64,000 bases of DNA from Desulfobacteraceae bacterium. Its GTDB lineage: Bacteria; Desulfobacterota; Desulfobacteria; Desulfobacterales; ETH-SRB1. Every line of letters starts with the position of its first letter. The first letter of the stretch is position 1. The notes under the pieces are model-generated. The model was not told where the DNA came from. It was given only the letters and a program-made list of their open reading frames with translations, and did not search any database. The stretch lies in assembly GCA_028571455.1 (NCBI GenBank), contig JAPVVG010000103.1, positions 4,847 to 68,846 of the forward strand, given 5' to 3'. Below are positions 63,957-64,000 of this stretch, piece after piece. Made by a program: the position numbers and the translations under genes.

Positions 63957-64000
63957 TTGAATTTAATCCTTTAATCCCTAATCTCTGACGCGCAGCACAG

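Overview
The window looks like a roughly 40% GC chromosome segment from a sulfate-reducing, Desulfobacterales-like bacterium. That assignment is inferred from dsrC, an hdr/flx-type redox cluster, an alternative-haem siroheme decarboxylase and characteristic interspersed repeats. Positions 1-31200 and 55600-64000 are mostly housekeeping: nadE (partial), miaA, sppA, a seven-gene Hdr/Flx-like cluster followed by dsrC, an ahb-like gene, gyrA, gpsA, pgk, a two-component system, CNNM/CorC transporters, efp and guaA. Positions 31400-55560 form a defence island read almost entirely on the minus strand. It starts with an XRE/ImmA-like regulator that has a palindromic operator-promoter, followed by a Fic gene, an unknown 290-aa protein and RhuM with a decayed type III res stub. 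Next come a DEDDh exonuclease, an Abi_2/HEPN protein and a complete type I-C cas operon (cas3-cas5c-cas8c-cas7c-[Fic/Doc-RhuM insert]-cas4-cas1-cas2). The operon is followed by a leader and a 102-repeat CRISPR array, then a RelE/XRE toxin-antitoxin pair and a Y1-transposase remnant at the trailer. The items most worth a second look are listed here.
- A solitary CRISPR-repeat-like hairpin with compensatory stem changes lies upstream of abi-cas3 and may be a crRNA-like regulator.
- A chimeric RhuM-Fic/Doc gene is embedded between cas7 and cas4.
- A genome-wide family of palindromic cassettes has arms built from short tandem words. One carries an intact four-helix-bundle (23S IVS-type) gene and several are graded deletion derivatives.
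- A related palindromic element is inserted in frame inside a glycosyltransferase gene.
- The Hdr/Flx cluster has a membrane-anchored HdrC-like subunit and a tandem-duplicated HdrA.

All calls come from reading the translations and the sequence by eye. No database searches were run.
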